IMG/VR virus record: IMGVR_UViG_3300030372_003045 | Coordinates: 1 to 30,312 of that record | Source: a virus | Lineage: Duplodnaviria > Caudoviricetes | Reading direction: 5' to 3' (one strand) | Length of the DNA stretch: 30,312 nt | Shown: positions 15,387 to 26,182 of the stretch, piece after piece | Numbering within the stretch: position 1 is the stretch's first letter | How the letters are laid out: each line of letters opens with the position of its first letter | The notes under the pieces: model-generated | Seen by the model: only the letters and a program-made list of their open reading frames with translations | Told to the model about the DNA's origin: nothing | Databases searched by the model: none | Position numbers and translations under genes: made by a program

Positions 15387-16652
15387 TTAAGCCGCAATGT
15401 AGGTTGCAGTAAACTGCATAGAAGCCGTTTGGGTAGCAAGATCGTTCCCAACAAAAGCTGCACCACTTTGACTACTAAAAACTATTTCAGTTGTATTTTT
15501 TTCAATAGCGAGACAAACGCCATTATCGCCAATGTTGAATCCACCAGCAGTTGTGGCGCAAACCGCGCTTCCTTCCGATCCTGTGACATCTGCAGAGGTG
15601 AACGGCAGGCCACCAATTTTAACCTGACTGCTAGCCTTGGTTGCACTGCTCGCATTAAGAAATATTTGGCAATAAACAAAAGTTCCAATTTTTACATATC
15701 TGCCGACCTGTGATGTGTATGAAATTGATGTAAGACCACTTGACCATGTAGGCGTGAAGGAGCCTTCTTCATAGTCATCAAAAACTTCAGACGCTGCTGT
15801 GCCGGAACTGTCGGCTGTTGCACTGAAATCAATTCCGTTACCGCTCGTTAAGACAAGATTAGCCGAGGTTATTGCGACACTGCCCGTGCCATTGGGGTCT
15901 AACGTTATGTTACCGTTTGTATCAGTGCTGCTAATGGTATTGCCATTGATATTAATGTTATCAACATCTAGGTCAGTACTAACAACTACAGTACCCGTGC
16001 CATTTGGAGTTAAAGTTAAATCGCCGTTAGAATTAAGAGTCGTAATGGTATTGGCTGTGTTTAAGGAAATATTTGTTCCGCTCAATAAAGCTGTTTTGGC
16101 AATATCAAGAGTCGCGCCACCAACAACACTGCCCATTGCCGTACTAATTGGAGTAACGTCTGCTGTACCAGCAGTTGCAGTTGCATTTCCACTGGAATCA
16201 AACGCTAGATATTTATTGGCACGAAGAGCAAGGCTGGGAATTGCCAAACTAACAACACTGTCAAAATCAGAAAGCTGTAATCCGCGTCCGGCTTTGTCAT
16301 TCAGATCTGCGGCAATGGCTGTAAATCTATCAAGTTCCGTATTCAAAGAAGCAACAGCAAACGGGCCAGATGTCTGGAAATCAGTGGTTCTTTCAAGAGC
16401 AATATCGCGCGTTAGAACAACCGTACTATTACCCGTTGCCCCTGTAACCGTTAGGTTAATTACGCCTTTTGATCCGCTGCCTCCAGAAGCAATCGTATAA
16501 TGTGTTGTAGCTGTTTTTTCGATGTCATCGACATACACATTTAGATCGGCCAAATCAAAAAATTCGAATGGCACATCAAAAGTTGTTTGCGTTACACCAG
16601 CATTTACGGTGTAGGAAATCCGCGGATTATTATCTGCAAGGTTAATAGTCAT
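15387..16652 (-). CDS. Tail fibre protein
   Basis: N-terminal adaptor (PRISY...F.VPFEFF...R.TDF..SGPF....LN.ELD), NG.I.L.PNGTG repeats and a DDYEEG.FTP tip domain. Confidence 0.85.
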   Translation of the reverse strand: MTINLADNNPRISYTVNAGVTQTTFDVPFEFFDLADLNVYVDDIEKTATTHYTIASGGSGSKGVINLTVTGATGNSTVVLTRDIALERTTDFQTSGPFAVASLNTELDRFTAIAADLNDKAGRGLQLSDFDSVVSLAIPSLALRANKYLAFDSSGNATATAGTADVTPISTAMGSVVGGATLDIAKTALLSGTNISLNTANTITTLNSNGDLTLTPNGTGTVVVSTDLDVDNININGNTISSTDTNGNITLDPNGTGSVAITSANLVLTSGNGIDFSATADSSGTAASEVFDDYEEGSFTPTWSSGLTSISYTSQVGRYVKIGTFVYCQIFLNASSATKASSQVKIGGLPFTSADVTGSEGSAVCATTAGGFNIGDNGVCLAIEKNTTEIVFSSQSGAAFVGNDLATQTASMQFTATYIAA

Positions 16653-16693
16653 ATTGTCCTCATATCATGCACTAATGCAGCACTCCACGCACA

Positions 16694-19600
16694 TTACTGG
16701 AACCAATCTTGGTACAATGCGATAGCCGGGGTTGTGGGGTAATTGTATCTAAACTGCTCGGCTGCCTCGTCAGTGTCACCTTCCAGCCAAGCCTTGCCTG
16801 CCTTTGTCCAAGCCCACAGCATGCCGGGTGCAGCGCCAAAAGGCTCAGTTAAAACATCATCAACATTCGGGTTGTACTTAGGACGAAGCAAAGTCTCATC
16901 TGCTTCCATCATGCCTGTACCTACAGCTGCATGCGTTGCGATATAGGCAAGCTCGTTATAAACACCAAAGAGGCCAGACTGGTCGACAACGCGCTGGAAC
17001 ACTTCAGCATTCGATCTGGCATCAAACCACCAGTCATCATTCTTTAAGCGCAGCACACCATATCCAAGAGCAAGCAGCGTCATGCCCCCTATCAGCCGGT
17101 GCTGCTTCATTGGGTCAAACATGCCAGCTGTAATGCGGTTGGTAGCGCCAAGAACAAAGTTAAAGAACTGGAACGGCATGGTCATAAAATGTGACTCAAT
17201 CCGCACCATCTTAATGTTTGCTGTCGATGCACGGGGATCAGGCGACCAGTCTCCCGGCAGCGCGTCCATCCAGCCCCGCTTCTGTGCATACAGCACGCCG
17301 TCCATGATGCGCGGCTTATCAAATGCGTTTGCATGGATGACTGTATTACCCATGCCAATGTTCAGTGCAGTCTGCCACTTTTTGTAGATTTCACGATCAA
17401 GCTCAGTCTTCATCGGCCAGTTATCAGAGTTGGCATAGACATAGCGGTTGCCCTTTTCATAAGGGTAGCTGGCAATGATTTTGGCATCTTCATCAGTCAG
17501 GCCAGCACGCTTCAGATCAATGACATCAGCCCGTTTGGCTGTGCCATTCTGCATATCAATAATGGTGTTCATGTATTTCGATGAACGGAACGTATGGTCA
17601 ACCCGTTTGAAATAATAAGTGATAGCGCCAAGGCCGTTACCAAGTACGGGAATGTTATAATAGGCGCGTGTGATCGGGTTAAAGATACGCTCCTGCAAGT
17701 TGGGATTTATCCCCTCTACATTGTCTTGAATGATACGTTGCTGCGCTCCGGCTTGTGAAAGTTCATAAGCTTCACCTGTATGCACCAACTCCTTCTTGGC
17801 TTTTGCCATGAGGATACGATCTGTTTCAGTACGGAATGGATCAAAGAGTTTGCGCGGCCCATGTTCCATCATGATGTTGCCAACATCAGTTAGTGACGCC
17901 ACAGCAGCTGCATCTAGATACGCCATGCCAGCAATTTCTTTGAGAGCAGAGCCAGCTTGCGCATCCCAGCGGTCAGGGTTTTTGACATACTCACCCATCA
18001 CTCGCTCGTAATCGAAAAGAAAATCCTGCCGTAGTCTTTGCCGTTTCTTTTCGGGGAAGCCAGCAGCAATCATATCCGCATCATGATCTTCAAGGATGTC
18101 ATCGATGCTGCGCTGACCAAAGTTCCTGTGAAACTCAATGCGCTTGCCAACACGGCTTACATAAGACTGGATAACGCGCGGCTCTTTGATGATGTAGTCA
18201 GAGATCAGATACTCAGGGATATCAATCATTCTGTGGCGCAAGTGCTTACCCTTGGTAGGGCCAGCCATTACATCCAGATGCGTTTCGGGATTGCCTTCTT
18301 CTAGGATTGCAGCAACAGCGTCCTTGGCTATGGCTTCCGGTGACTTGGAAGATGACACAGCTTCAAAGCGTTTTGTTTCTTCATTGTAGAGTTTCTTGAT
18401 GGGGTGGTTGCGTATCCAATCTGCAAAGATACGCTCCAAAGCCTCACGATGCTTGCCATTGCCAGACAGCAACTTGCGCTTGTCATAATAGATCGGGAAT
18501 GCGTAACGCTCATTGTAACGCAGTTCATACAGATCTTTGTAGTACTGAATAGCCTCTGCAGCTTTCTTAATAGCTTCAAGTTGACGCGCTGTTGGATTGT
18601 TTGTTTCTGTTTCGATGCGCTTTATAAAATCTTGATAATCAGCAACACGCTGCAAAAACTTCTCGCCATCAGCAATGATATTTAACTCAACAAGTTCCTG
18701 CCTGTACCCTTTAAAGAATTGATCCAAGCGTTCCACAGCGGCGTTGTAATGCTCACCATGAAGCGAGGCATCATACTTCTTACCCTGCTTTTGCAAGCGG
18801 CCTTCGACAACAGTGCCAAACCAGTCTTCGTAACTCTTGGCGTTCAAGCGCTTGGCAACAAGTGCATCTGTGTTATAGCCAAGAATCTTGCTGGATTGCT
18901 CACGGTTCAATACATCAAGCGCCCACAGCTTCTGCATCTGATCGTTCAGTGCAATACCACGCGCTATATGGGTTTTAGCTGCCCTATAAACTGACTGATG
19001 CTGCGTTTTTCCGCTCTCAATGCCAGCCATACGGTACTGATCAACACCAGCAAGAAGATGGTAATCTCGCTTCATCATGCCTGTGCCGTTGGAGATGATG
19101 CGTTTGCCGGGTGTTGATAGAAACTTATAAAAAGCAGATTTGGTGTAAGCGGTATCAGCAACACCATATCCTGTGGTCATACGCTTATAGGCTTCCTTGG
19201 CAGTACGATCATAATAAGCTGCCTGTGATTCACCGGGTTTGCGCGGATTCTTGCGCCTTACAATCTCACGATTAACCGAATAGTCGCGCCACTCAGATGG
19301 CGTCTTGAAATCTGTTTCACGAAATGGTGAAGAACCCCTGACTTCTTCACTAACCCAGACGCGCTTGTTGAATTCCTCTGCAATAATCTCATCATCAACA
19401 GAGATATCTTTGCCCTTGGTAAAGACAGCTTTGCGCTGTGCCATCTTCCGCTTGAAAGCTTTTTGTTCACCATCATAAGCAGCATTGGATTTGGTTTCTT
19501 TAGCTACAACAGCTTCAGCATCTTTGAGTTCTTTCTCAGCAGCCTTGCGTGCCTTGATTATAGTCGGCAGTTCCTTGTTCAGCTGCATCTGCAAGACAGT

Positions 19601-20497
19601 TGGCTGAATGCCCTGTGCCTTTGCTTCAACACGCAATGCAACCAGTTTGTCATCTCCCTCAATCGGGCGGACAAGCCGGTTGATACGCATCTCATCTACC
19701 TTGATGTCATCGACAATCTTGCGCAGGCGTGCAATTTCCTTCGCCGGGATGCTGATCTCAACCCGGCTTCCCTTTGGTGGGGGCGGCATATCAGCTGCTT
19801 TGTTTGTTATCTTAAAACCATCCACGCTTTCATTCATAACGGGCCGTGGCTCATAGACTTCATTCTGCTTGGCAATAGACCGGCGATAGCCAGTCACCAT
19901 AGACGGGACAGAACCTAGCACTGTGCCAGCAGCCGTCATGGTTGCCATGTTCAAGCCGGTTTCAGTAAAGGTATTGGTTCTGTCAAAGGGCGCACGGATG
20001 CCCTCAGAAACAGCACCAGCTGCCAAGCTGCCCTTAAAGCTAGCACGCGCAGCCTGACCAACAGTCATGCCGCCACGCGCCATAAGCCCCAGCTGCCCCC
20101 AGATTGGAATTGCAAATGTAGCATTCAAAGGGTCGGTTAATGCACCAACCCAGACACCAGCATTCCAGAAGCCAGCATCGGTGAGCGTTTGTTTGTTAGC
20201 AAGGCGTCTGTCGATATCACCCTTGATCCATGCCAGATGATCTGCATTCCGGGCACGCGCTAACTCGTTCAGATAATCTTCATAGCCGCTGTAGTTTTCT
20301 TCAGTAAAAGGATCGAACTCAGGGTTGTAGCCTTGGCCAAAGAACTCAACCTGTTCGCTAATGCGGTCAATAACAGGCGACCACTGATATCCCCATGTCG
20401 CCTTGAAAGCCTCCCAAAAGCCAACATCAGACAAACGACCTTCGGTTACATCCTCATTGGTTGGCAGGACATAGACGGAATCAATATCACTCATCAA
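16694..20497 (-). CDS. Large internal virion (ejection) protein, gp16-like position
   Basis: 1267-aa helical protein, third gene after tail tubular B, with a QF..F motif near the C-terminus. Confidence 0.75.
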   Translation of the reverse strand: MMSDIDSVYVLPTNEDVTEGRLSDVGFWEAFKATWGYQWSPVIDRISEQVEFFGQGYNPEFDPFTEENYSGYEDYLNELARARNADHLAWIKGDIDRRLANKQTLTDAGFWNAGVWVGALTDPLNATFAIPIWGQLGLMARGGMTVGQAARASFKGSLAAGAVSEGIRAPFDRTNTFTETGLNMATMTAAGTVLGSVPSMVTGYRRSIAKQNEVYEPRPVMNESVDGFKITNKAADMPPPPKGSRVEISIPAKEIARLRKIVDDIKVDEMRINRLVRPIEGDDKLVALRVEAKAQGIQPTVLQMQLNKELPTIIKARKAAEKELKDAEAVVAKETKSNAAYDGEQKAFKRKMAQRKAVFTKGKDISVDDEIIAEEFNKRVWVSEEVRGSSPFRETDFKTPSEWRDYSVNREIVRRKNPRKPGESQAAYYDRTAKEAYKRMTTGYGVADTAYTKSAFYKFLSTPGKRIISNGTGMMKRDYHLLAGVDQYRMAGIESGKTQHQSVYRAAKTHIARGIALNDQMQKLWALDVLNREQSSKILGYNTDALVAKRLNAKSYEDWFGTVVEGRLQKQGKKYDASLHGEHYNAAVERLDQFFKGYRQELVELNIIADGEKFLQRVADYQDFIKRIETETNNPTARQLEAIKKAAEAIQYYKDLYELRYNERYAFPIYYDKRKLLSGNGKHREALERIFADWIRNHPIKKLYNEETKRFEAVSSSKSPEAIAKDAVAAILEEGNPETHLDVMAGPTKGKHLRHRMIDIPEYLISDYIIKEPRVIQSYVSRVGKRIEFHRNFGQRSIDDILEDHDADMIAAGFPEKKRQRLRQDFLFDYERVMGEYVKNPDRWDAQAGSALKEIAGMAYLDAAAVASLTDVGNIMMEHGPRKLFDPFRTETDRILMAKAKKELVHTGEAYELSQAGAQQRIIQDNVEGINPNLQERIFNPITRAYYNIPVLGNGLGAITYYFKRVDHTFRSSKYMNTIIDMQNGTAKRADVIDLKRAGLTDEDAKIIASYPYEKGNRYVYANSDNWPMKTELDREIYKKWQTALNIGMGNTVIHANAFDKPRIMDGVLYAQKRGWMDALPGDWSPDPRASTANIKMVRIESHFMTMPFQFFNFVLGATNRITAGMFDPMKQHRLIGGMTLLALGYGVLRLKNDDWWFDARSNAEVFQRVVDQSGLFGVYNELAYIATHAAVGTGMMEADETLLRPKYNPNVDDVLTEPFGAAPGMLWAWTKAGKAWLEGDTDEAAEQFRYNYPTTPAIALYQDWFQ

Positions 20498-22601
20498 TTA
20501 TACCGCTCTTGACGAAGCCTGATTTAACTTCATCCAAATCTCTGCGTGTTTTAGCTTCCATGCCTTTGGTAGCCAGCGTGCGCAGATCACGCGCTTCTTC
20601 CAGCTTGCGCTCCAAGGCTTCATCGAATGCGCTTTGCATACGCGCTGTGCGATTTAAAATCTGGGTGTCAATCATCAAAGGCTTGCCGCCATTTGATGGG
20701 TCAGGCAGATAGTTGCCTTCCGCGTCAAGGACGAACCAGCGTATGCGCCGATTTGTTGACTGGGTGCTTGCCTCAAAGAAAAAGTCCTTACCTAAATAGC
20801 CGGTCTTGCCAGTTGCGTTGAGAATCTTATCAGTCGTAAAACTCGCAAATCTCCCAAAAGATGCGTCGTCACTATAAAAACGCTCTGGCGCAAACTCGGC
20901 GCGTGTAACTTCTCCTTCCACCTCTATACGACCCGGATTCCTGATAAGATTTGTTTCAACATAAATTGCATTGATTGAATTTTTTAGAATCCTGTCAGCG
21001 TCTTTCACAAGCAGGTATGCATAGGCAGGCTTGGCAATAACCATCAACCGTTCCACGGCTCCAGCTGGGAGGTCGTCAAGCATGTCTTTTTCCCTAAAAT
21101 GATCGGTGATTGCTTGGCGTGCATTGCGCCCTTTAAGCTTGGTTGTCACACCATCTTCAATAGCTTGCGTGCGGTCCTTTCCAGATCTCCCCCCATAAAT
21201 ACCACTACCGCGCAGAATAGAATCTAAGCCGAAAGTATTTGTCCAGACATCCAGATTATCAAAGAATGTTACAGCTTCATCAGACAAACCTTTATTGCGT
21301 GCCAGATCTCCTTTCAAACCAACGCCCTGCGTTACTGTCTGGTAAATGGTCAGCGCATTCTGAAGTTCTTTTTCAGTCAGTTCATAGTTGTTTCCGTTAG
21401 CAATGCCATCAAGCAAATCCTCAAGAGCAGCAGGCAGAATATTGCCATTTACAATAGCCTTATATGGTATGCCATTCTGGTCTTGAACCATAGCCACAGC
21501 CTGATCGCTCAACCACCCCTTCCGATCCTGACTAATTCCGATAGTCTGCCAGAATTTGCCAAAAGCATCTTTGTATCTCTGCTCATCAAATACGTTGTTA
21601 TTATTCTGCAAATTAGTAACAAGGTCTTGCGTAAACTTCTGATCAGCTAGGTCAGATAGATACCCAGAAAAGTTGTTAACCGTTCGACGAATATCAGCTG
21701 CTATAACCTTTCTTGTTTCTTGAAATGTTATATCTTGTGTATCATGAATAAATGTACCCTGATCACCAATTGCAAAAGATGTATTGCCTTCTAACGCATT
21801 GATCATCTCAACTACGGTTTGTCGATCACCAGCCTTTAACGCTTGTTGCGCGTCTTTCACAAGAAGGCTGCCATAATAGCTGTGATCAATCTGGTTGATC
21901 GCGCTTTTTTGGAATTGGTCGGTTAATGGGCCATTTTTAACGCCTTCTTTAACTTGATCTAAAATGTTCCTGCGGATTTCGGTTGCAACAGACAATTCAC
22001 CATTTGCAACAAGAGTAGCAATTGAACTAATGCCGGCATTAATAAGAGATTGTTGTGCTTCTATGTCTGCCTGTCGCTGTTGACGCATCTCAGTAAGAAT
22101 CATTGATTGCTTGTGCTGGAGAAGCGATAGAGCGCCGCTATTTTCCAATGAGTCCTTTGCAGCAAACTCAAACTCTAACGGGACAGCATCAAGCAATCCT
22201 TGAAGCCCAACAGACGCAAGTGTTTCAAAATCAGTGCTGTTCTTTGATTCCTGCCGCTTGGCAATAAGCATCTCTTCTACATCGCGGCTAAACGCAGATG
22301 CATATTTACGCTCAATCAGAGGGCGTGCTGTATCCAGTGCAACCTGAGACAGATCATCATAGGCATCAATAAAAACTGGATTGCCATCAGGGTCTTTAAT
22401 AGATGTAATAATCTGGTTGCGTGCAAACTCCTGTCCTGCACGCTGCTGCTGAGATACAGACTGACGATATATAGAATCAGAGATGCGTGCATTCGCACGC
22501 TGCAAGGCTTCAGTAACATAGCCAGAACCAGTATCTGTGTTTACAGACCTGACCTGTGCAGTGAATACCTGATTGCCTTTCGATTTAATTACACCGGCCA
22601 T
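20487..22601 (-). CDS. Internal virion protein, gp15-like position
   Basis: 704 aa, helical; assigned by synteny. Confidence 0.7.
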   Translation of the reverse strand: MAGVIKSKGNQVFTAQVRSVNTDTGSGYVTEALQRANARISDSIYRQSVSQQQRAGQEFARNQIITSIKDPDGNPVFIDAYDDLSQVALDTARPLIERKYASAFSRDVEEMLIAKRQESKNSTDFETLASVGLQGLLDAVPLEFEFAAKDSLENSGALSLLQHKQSMILTEMRQQRQADIEAQQSLINAGISSIATLVANGELSVATEIRRNILDQVKEGVKNGPLTDQFQKSAINQIDHSYYGSLLVKDAQQALKAGDRQTVVEMINALEGNTSFAIGDQGTFIHDTQDITFQETRKVIAADIRRTVNNFSGYLSDLADQKFTQDLVTNLQNNNNVFDEQRYKDAFGKFWQTIGISQDRKGWLSDQAVAMVQDQNGIPYKAIVNGNILPAALEDLLDGIANGNNYELTEKELQNALTIYQTVTQGVGLKGDLARNKGLSDEAVTFFDNLDVWTNTFGLDSILRGSGIYGGRSGKDRTQAIEDGVTTKLKGRNARQAITDHFREKDMLDDLPAGAVERLMVIAKPAYAYLLVKDADRILKNSINAIYVETNLIRNPGRIEVEGEVTRAEFAPERFYSDDASFGRFASFTTDKILNATGKTGYLGKDFFFEASTQSTNRRIRWFVLDAEGNYLPDPSNGGKPLMIDTQILNRTARMQSAFDEALERKLEEARDLRTLATKGMEAKTRRDLDEVKSGFVKSGIIDE

Positions 22602-23035
22602 TATTTTTTACCTTTTGGTGTCACATCTTTGTATCTCAGATAGTCGGAATAGCTGCTAGACAAACCATCCAACAAGATGGAACGCGCCCTGTTCTCGCCT
22701 CTTGCAAGAGATACATTTGCCTCAAGCAATGAGGTGGACATATTGGTTAAAGTGTTCTGAGCCAGACGCGCAGCATCCGTGCCAGCATCACGCTGAACGC
22801 GTCTGCGGATTGCATCGATGCTCCTGTCATCACGCCCCAAATAGGATGACATGGCATTGTTTGTAGATATCAATACATTGAGATCACGCATGCGTTTGTT
22901 ATGCGCTTCTTCACCTTGCAGCTTTGCATTTGCTGCTTGGCTTTTAGCCTGTGCAGCTGCGCTTTGTGCTTCAGCACGCGCTGCGCTCATGCCGGTAATA
23001 GCTGTTAAAGCCTGTAGTGCAAGTAGAGCTTTCAT
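22601..23035 (-). CDS. Internal virion protein, gp14-like position
   Basis: Ala-rich with a hydrophobic N-terminus; assigned by synteny. Confidence 0.7.
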   Translation of the reverse strand: MKALLALQALTAITGMSAARAEAQSAAAQAKSQAANAKLQGEEAHNKRMRDLNVLISTNNAMSSYLGRDDRSIDAIRRRVQRDAGTDAARLAQNTLTNMSTSLLEANVSLARGENRARSILLDGLSSSYSDYLRYKDVTPKGKK

Positions 23036-25266
23036 CAGAATGCCAACTCCATAACCATACCATTCAGCTGCAAGGCCATCGGAGCGGACTGCGATACCGT
23101 AACAGTCGGGTCACGATCAAAGCCAAGAACAAAGAACTCACGCTTGCCAGATATCGCCGTGCGTGCTGTTGAAAAGTCATCATTGACCTGACGGATAATT
23201 AAATCTGTGCCATCTACAGACACTGACAATGTTTCCTCAAGATCAAGGATAACCGATGCAATGCGCCTTTGTTTACCTGTTAACGGGCCATTTGATAGCG
23301 TTCCATCTATAGGAAGGGTCTGCATTTGCGGTGTGAATGCATAGCCGATAAAAGCGCTCGATACGGTTGCATCAACAGACGACACATCAACATTGCCACT
23401 GGCAACAGTAAATTCGCCAAGATAATCGGTGCCGCTTACAACCTTAACCGTTGCACCATTTGAAAAGTTGGAACTCACACTAAAGACACCACTGCTGCCA
23501 GAGTAAGACTTGCAGTAATCCATAGGTTGGGATTCTTCAAATTCTTCAAGATAGAACTTGCTGGTGCCAGACCCGTTATTCCGCACAGCAATACAAAAAA
23601 GCCTGTCGCCTACAGAAGCTATAGAATGGAAGCTGCCTTGCGTTTCCCAAAGGGACCAGCCTTGGCGTTTATCCGCTCTCATAGAATAAAACACAGCAAT
23701 GTTACCATCACTATTTACATAGAATGCATAGCTCTCCGGTTTACCCAACGCACCCTTGGTTGCTGCTTGTTGTAGAGGGGAGTCGATCAGATGCGATGAC
23801 AGAACCGATATGTCTGTTGAGACATACGCACCTTCAGTATCACTAAAGATATATTCACGCACTGCATTGCCTGCTTTTTGCACATACAGAGTTGCCCCAT
23901 CAAAAGGTGTTGGCGTTACAAACGAGGAGCCAAACGGAGTTTGCTTTTTGATCTGTGCAGTCGCTGGCGTAACCGGCGCACTTGTAAAAGCCGGAATATA
24001 AAACTCCGCTTCACTGGCAAATATTTGCAAATCACGATTTGAAACAATATGGCGTATCTGATCAAACGTACCCACATTGCCCGTGATATCAATTGCATCA
24101 CCATCTTCACCATTGCCTGTGTCAAAATTAAAGAACCGGCCACTCTTTGACGCCCACAAATGATTTGGCTGGGCCTGCGTGCCGCCAAACCACAGGCGTC
24201 CTTCATGGAAGGTGACTGCTGCCGGATAGCCGCGCAAAGCAGAATAGGACTGCTCTGCCCAGTTTGTTGTAGCAGCACCGCTTGCAACGCGCGGTGAGCC
24301 GCCTCCAACAGCAGATGAGGTTGCGCTTGCAGCTGCTGTTATTTCGTAGGTGTTCTCATCAATGACACTAGCAACTGTTCGACTGCCGTTGACGTTCGCC
24401 GCACTAAGGCCTCCAACCGCCGCAGCACGATCAATAGTGATCGCAGCACTCGGCGCAAGGCCATGTCCAATATGAGTGACAAGAACACGGTCACTACCTT
24501 CCACAGTTTCCAGAGCATCAATAGTAAGCTGTTGACGTAGGGTACCGTTGATGGTTCCCGTAACGACTGTGGCGCTTGTATATCCAGTGATATCAACGTC
24601 TGTCTCATTAACGAGTAAAGTCGTGCCAACATGTCCACTCTCAAAGTAAGCTGCGCTTGCAGTAAAGGTGACACCAGAGCCGGTTGTTGCTGAAGCTGCT
24701 AGGCTAACACCTACATTCTGAAAGCTATGATAGGGCTGGAATACACGGTTAGTATTTGTCGATTGTTCAAAAGCAAAAGTCTCGACTTGGAAGGTGGTCA
24801 GCCCGGTACGAACCAGCTTCCTGATCATGAATGTCGTGTGGGTGATAAACATATTATCGCCTGACTGAGCAAGGTTTAATTCACCAACCTTGGCCTGATT
24901 AAACGGCAAAGCAGCTGACGATGTATCAGTTGTAATGGTTTGGATGTGCGAAACTGTGCCATCAGTTAGTAATCGCCAGATATCAATCCTGAGATTGCTG
25001 AAGCCAACTAGATATTTCTCATCATCTGAGAATACAAAAGGCTCAAGACGCAACTGCAATCCAGTAGCCGAACCGGAATAAGTTAATGCGCTTTCATACC
25101 AGATGCGTGTACCTGATCGCTTTTGAAGACCGCCTTCAGATTTGATAAAGAAGTTGCGCAGCTTTTGCGTTGCGTGGTTATAGATGTTGGCATCTGTACG
25201 AGAACGCAACGACGGGCTGACTTCCCCATAATCGAAGCTGGTCAGGGGAACTCTTATCCGCGGCAT
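23035..25266 (-). CDS. Tail tubular protein B (nozzle)
   Basis: TSF..GEVSP.L..R.D...GGL.KR.GT, GYP.AV.FHE.RL.FGG and W.SK.G.FFNF motifs. Confidence 0.9.
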   Translation of the reverse strand: MPRIRVPLTSFDYGEVSPSLRSRTDANIYNHATQKLRNFFIKSEGGLQKRSGTRIWYESALTYSGSATGLQLRLEPFVFSDDEKYLVGFSNLRIDIWRLLTDGTVSHIQTITTDTSSAALPFNQAKVGELNLAQSGDNMFITHTTFMIRKLVRTGLTTFQVETFAFEQSTNTNRVFQPYHSFQNVGVSLAASATTGSGVTFTASAAYFESGHVGTTLLVNETDVDITGYTSATVVTGTINGTLRQQLTIDALETVEGSDRVLVTHIGHGLAPSAAITIDRAAAVGGLSAANVNGSRTVASVIDENTYEITAAASATSSAVGGGSPRVASGAATTNWAEQSYSALRGYPAAVTFHEGRLWFGGTQAQPNHLWASKSGRFFNFDTGNGEDGDAIDITGNVGTFDQIRHIVSNRDLQIFASEAEFYIPAFTSAPVTPATAQIKKQTPFGSSFVTPTPFDGATLYVQKAGNAVREYIFSDTEGAYVSTDISVLSSHLIDSPLQQAATKGALGKPESYAFYVNSDGNIAVFYSMRADKRQGWSLWETQGSFHSIASVGDRLFCIAVRNNGSGTSKFYLEEFEESQPMDYCKSYSGSSGVFSVSSNFSNGATVKVVSGTDYLGEFTVASGNVDVSSVDATVSSAFIGYAFTPQMQTLPIDGTLSNGPLTGKQRRIASVILDLEETLSVSVDGTDLIIRQVNDDFSTARTAISGKREFFVLGFDRDPTVTVSQSAPMALQLNGMVMELAF

Positions 25267-25853
25267 TAGCTTAACCTTTCGGTTCTAAACCGATTGGTTA
25301 CAAGCTTGCGCGTTGTCTGCTGCTGGCTATCAAGATTGCGTGCTTTTGCCATCAATAGGATGGCCTTGTCATCCATCATCTTTGTAAGCGCTTCATCTCG
25401 CGCAATGCTGGAAGCAAAGATGGCAGCAAGCTGGTATTCGACAGTCAGTGTAAAGTAAGAAGGCCAGTCCTGCTCATTTGCCCTGAATGAATAGTCAGCA
25501 ACAACCTGATCGGTTGCACTTAGATCTGCATAAGCCTTATCGCCATACACAGTATATTCGACAACCAAATCATTCACTGTAAGCGCATGCAGCATCAGCA
25601 TATCTGATGGCAACTGATACGCACGATCAAAGCGCCCGGTGGGCGCATCGGTTAAAAGATTTAAGACAGCCTGATTTGTTGCAAAGCGCCAACGCGATGC
25701 ACACAAAGCTGCCTGCGCCACATCCTCATACATATTGTTTGCAACTGTTGCTTCTGTGCTTGTGTCACTAAACGATGTAATCGGGTTGGCCCCGATAAGA
25801 GTGAGAGCGCGTGCAGCAATATCAACTGCGGAGTTTGCTACCGTCGATGCCAT
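25266..25853 (-). CDS. Tail tubular protein A (adaptor)
   Basis: VDI...AL..IGA.PI.SF...WRFA...YQLP.D motifs. ATG at 25853 preferred. Confidence 0.88.
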   Translation of the reverse strand: MASTVANSAVDIAARALTLIGANPITSFSDTSTEATVANNMYEDVAQAALCASRWRFATNQAVLNLLTDAPTGRFDRAYQLPSDMLMLHALTVNDLVVEYTVYGDKAYADLSATDQVVADYSFRANEQDWPSYFTLTVEYQLAAIFASSIARDEALTKMMDDKAILLMAKARNLDSQQQTTRKLVTNRFRTERLS

Positions 25854-25904
25854 GTATCTGAATGGGGGCGAGCATTTGGGAGTTTCACCCGCCCCCAAAC
25901 TCCA

Positions 25905-26168
25905 TTAATCGTCGTCAGTTAGATCAAGTGCTGTACCATCACTTAGATCAACAACCGTTCCGGTGTTGGATAGTACAGTACAGATGGTCATTGCAGGCGC
26001 GTCATTGTCATAGACAAAGACAATATCACCTACGTTAATCATGCCAGCGGCATCATTAAAATAACCTTCCTGATCAACCGTTTCCAAAGTGTCAGTAGAA
26101 TCATAATACCAGATATTATGACCACCACCGCCTGCCATGCGAGTCAGACCAGCTGAAGTATAAGCCAT
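25905..26168 (-). CDS. Capsid decoration / minor structural protein
   Basis: GAGGAGG RBS directly after the capsid gene; D....V...GYFN......GD.V motif. Confidence 0.7.
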   Translation of the reverse strand: MAYTSAGLTRMAGGGGHNIWYYDSTDTLETVDQEGYFNDAAGMINVGDIVFVYDNDAPAMTICTVLSNTGTVVDLSDGTALDLTDDD

Positions 26169-26182
26169 ATCTAATCCTCCTC

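Noticed and set aside
15799-16500. 233-aa plus-strand ORF (likewise 29596-30132, 19463-19918, 7702-8217, 10737-11234)
   Set aside because: Antisense shadows of well-supported genes.
13497-16652. Diversity-generating retroelement or invertible fibre cassette
   Set aside because: No reverse transcriptase, invertase or template/variable repeat pair seen; the repeats are short protein-level motifs.
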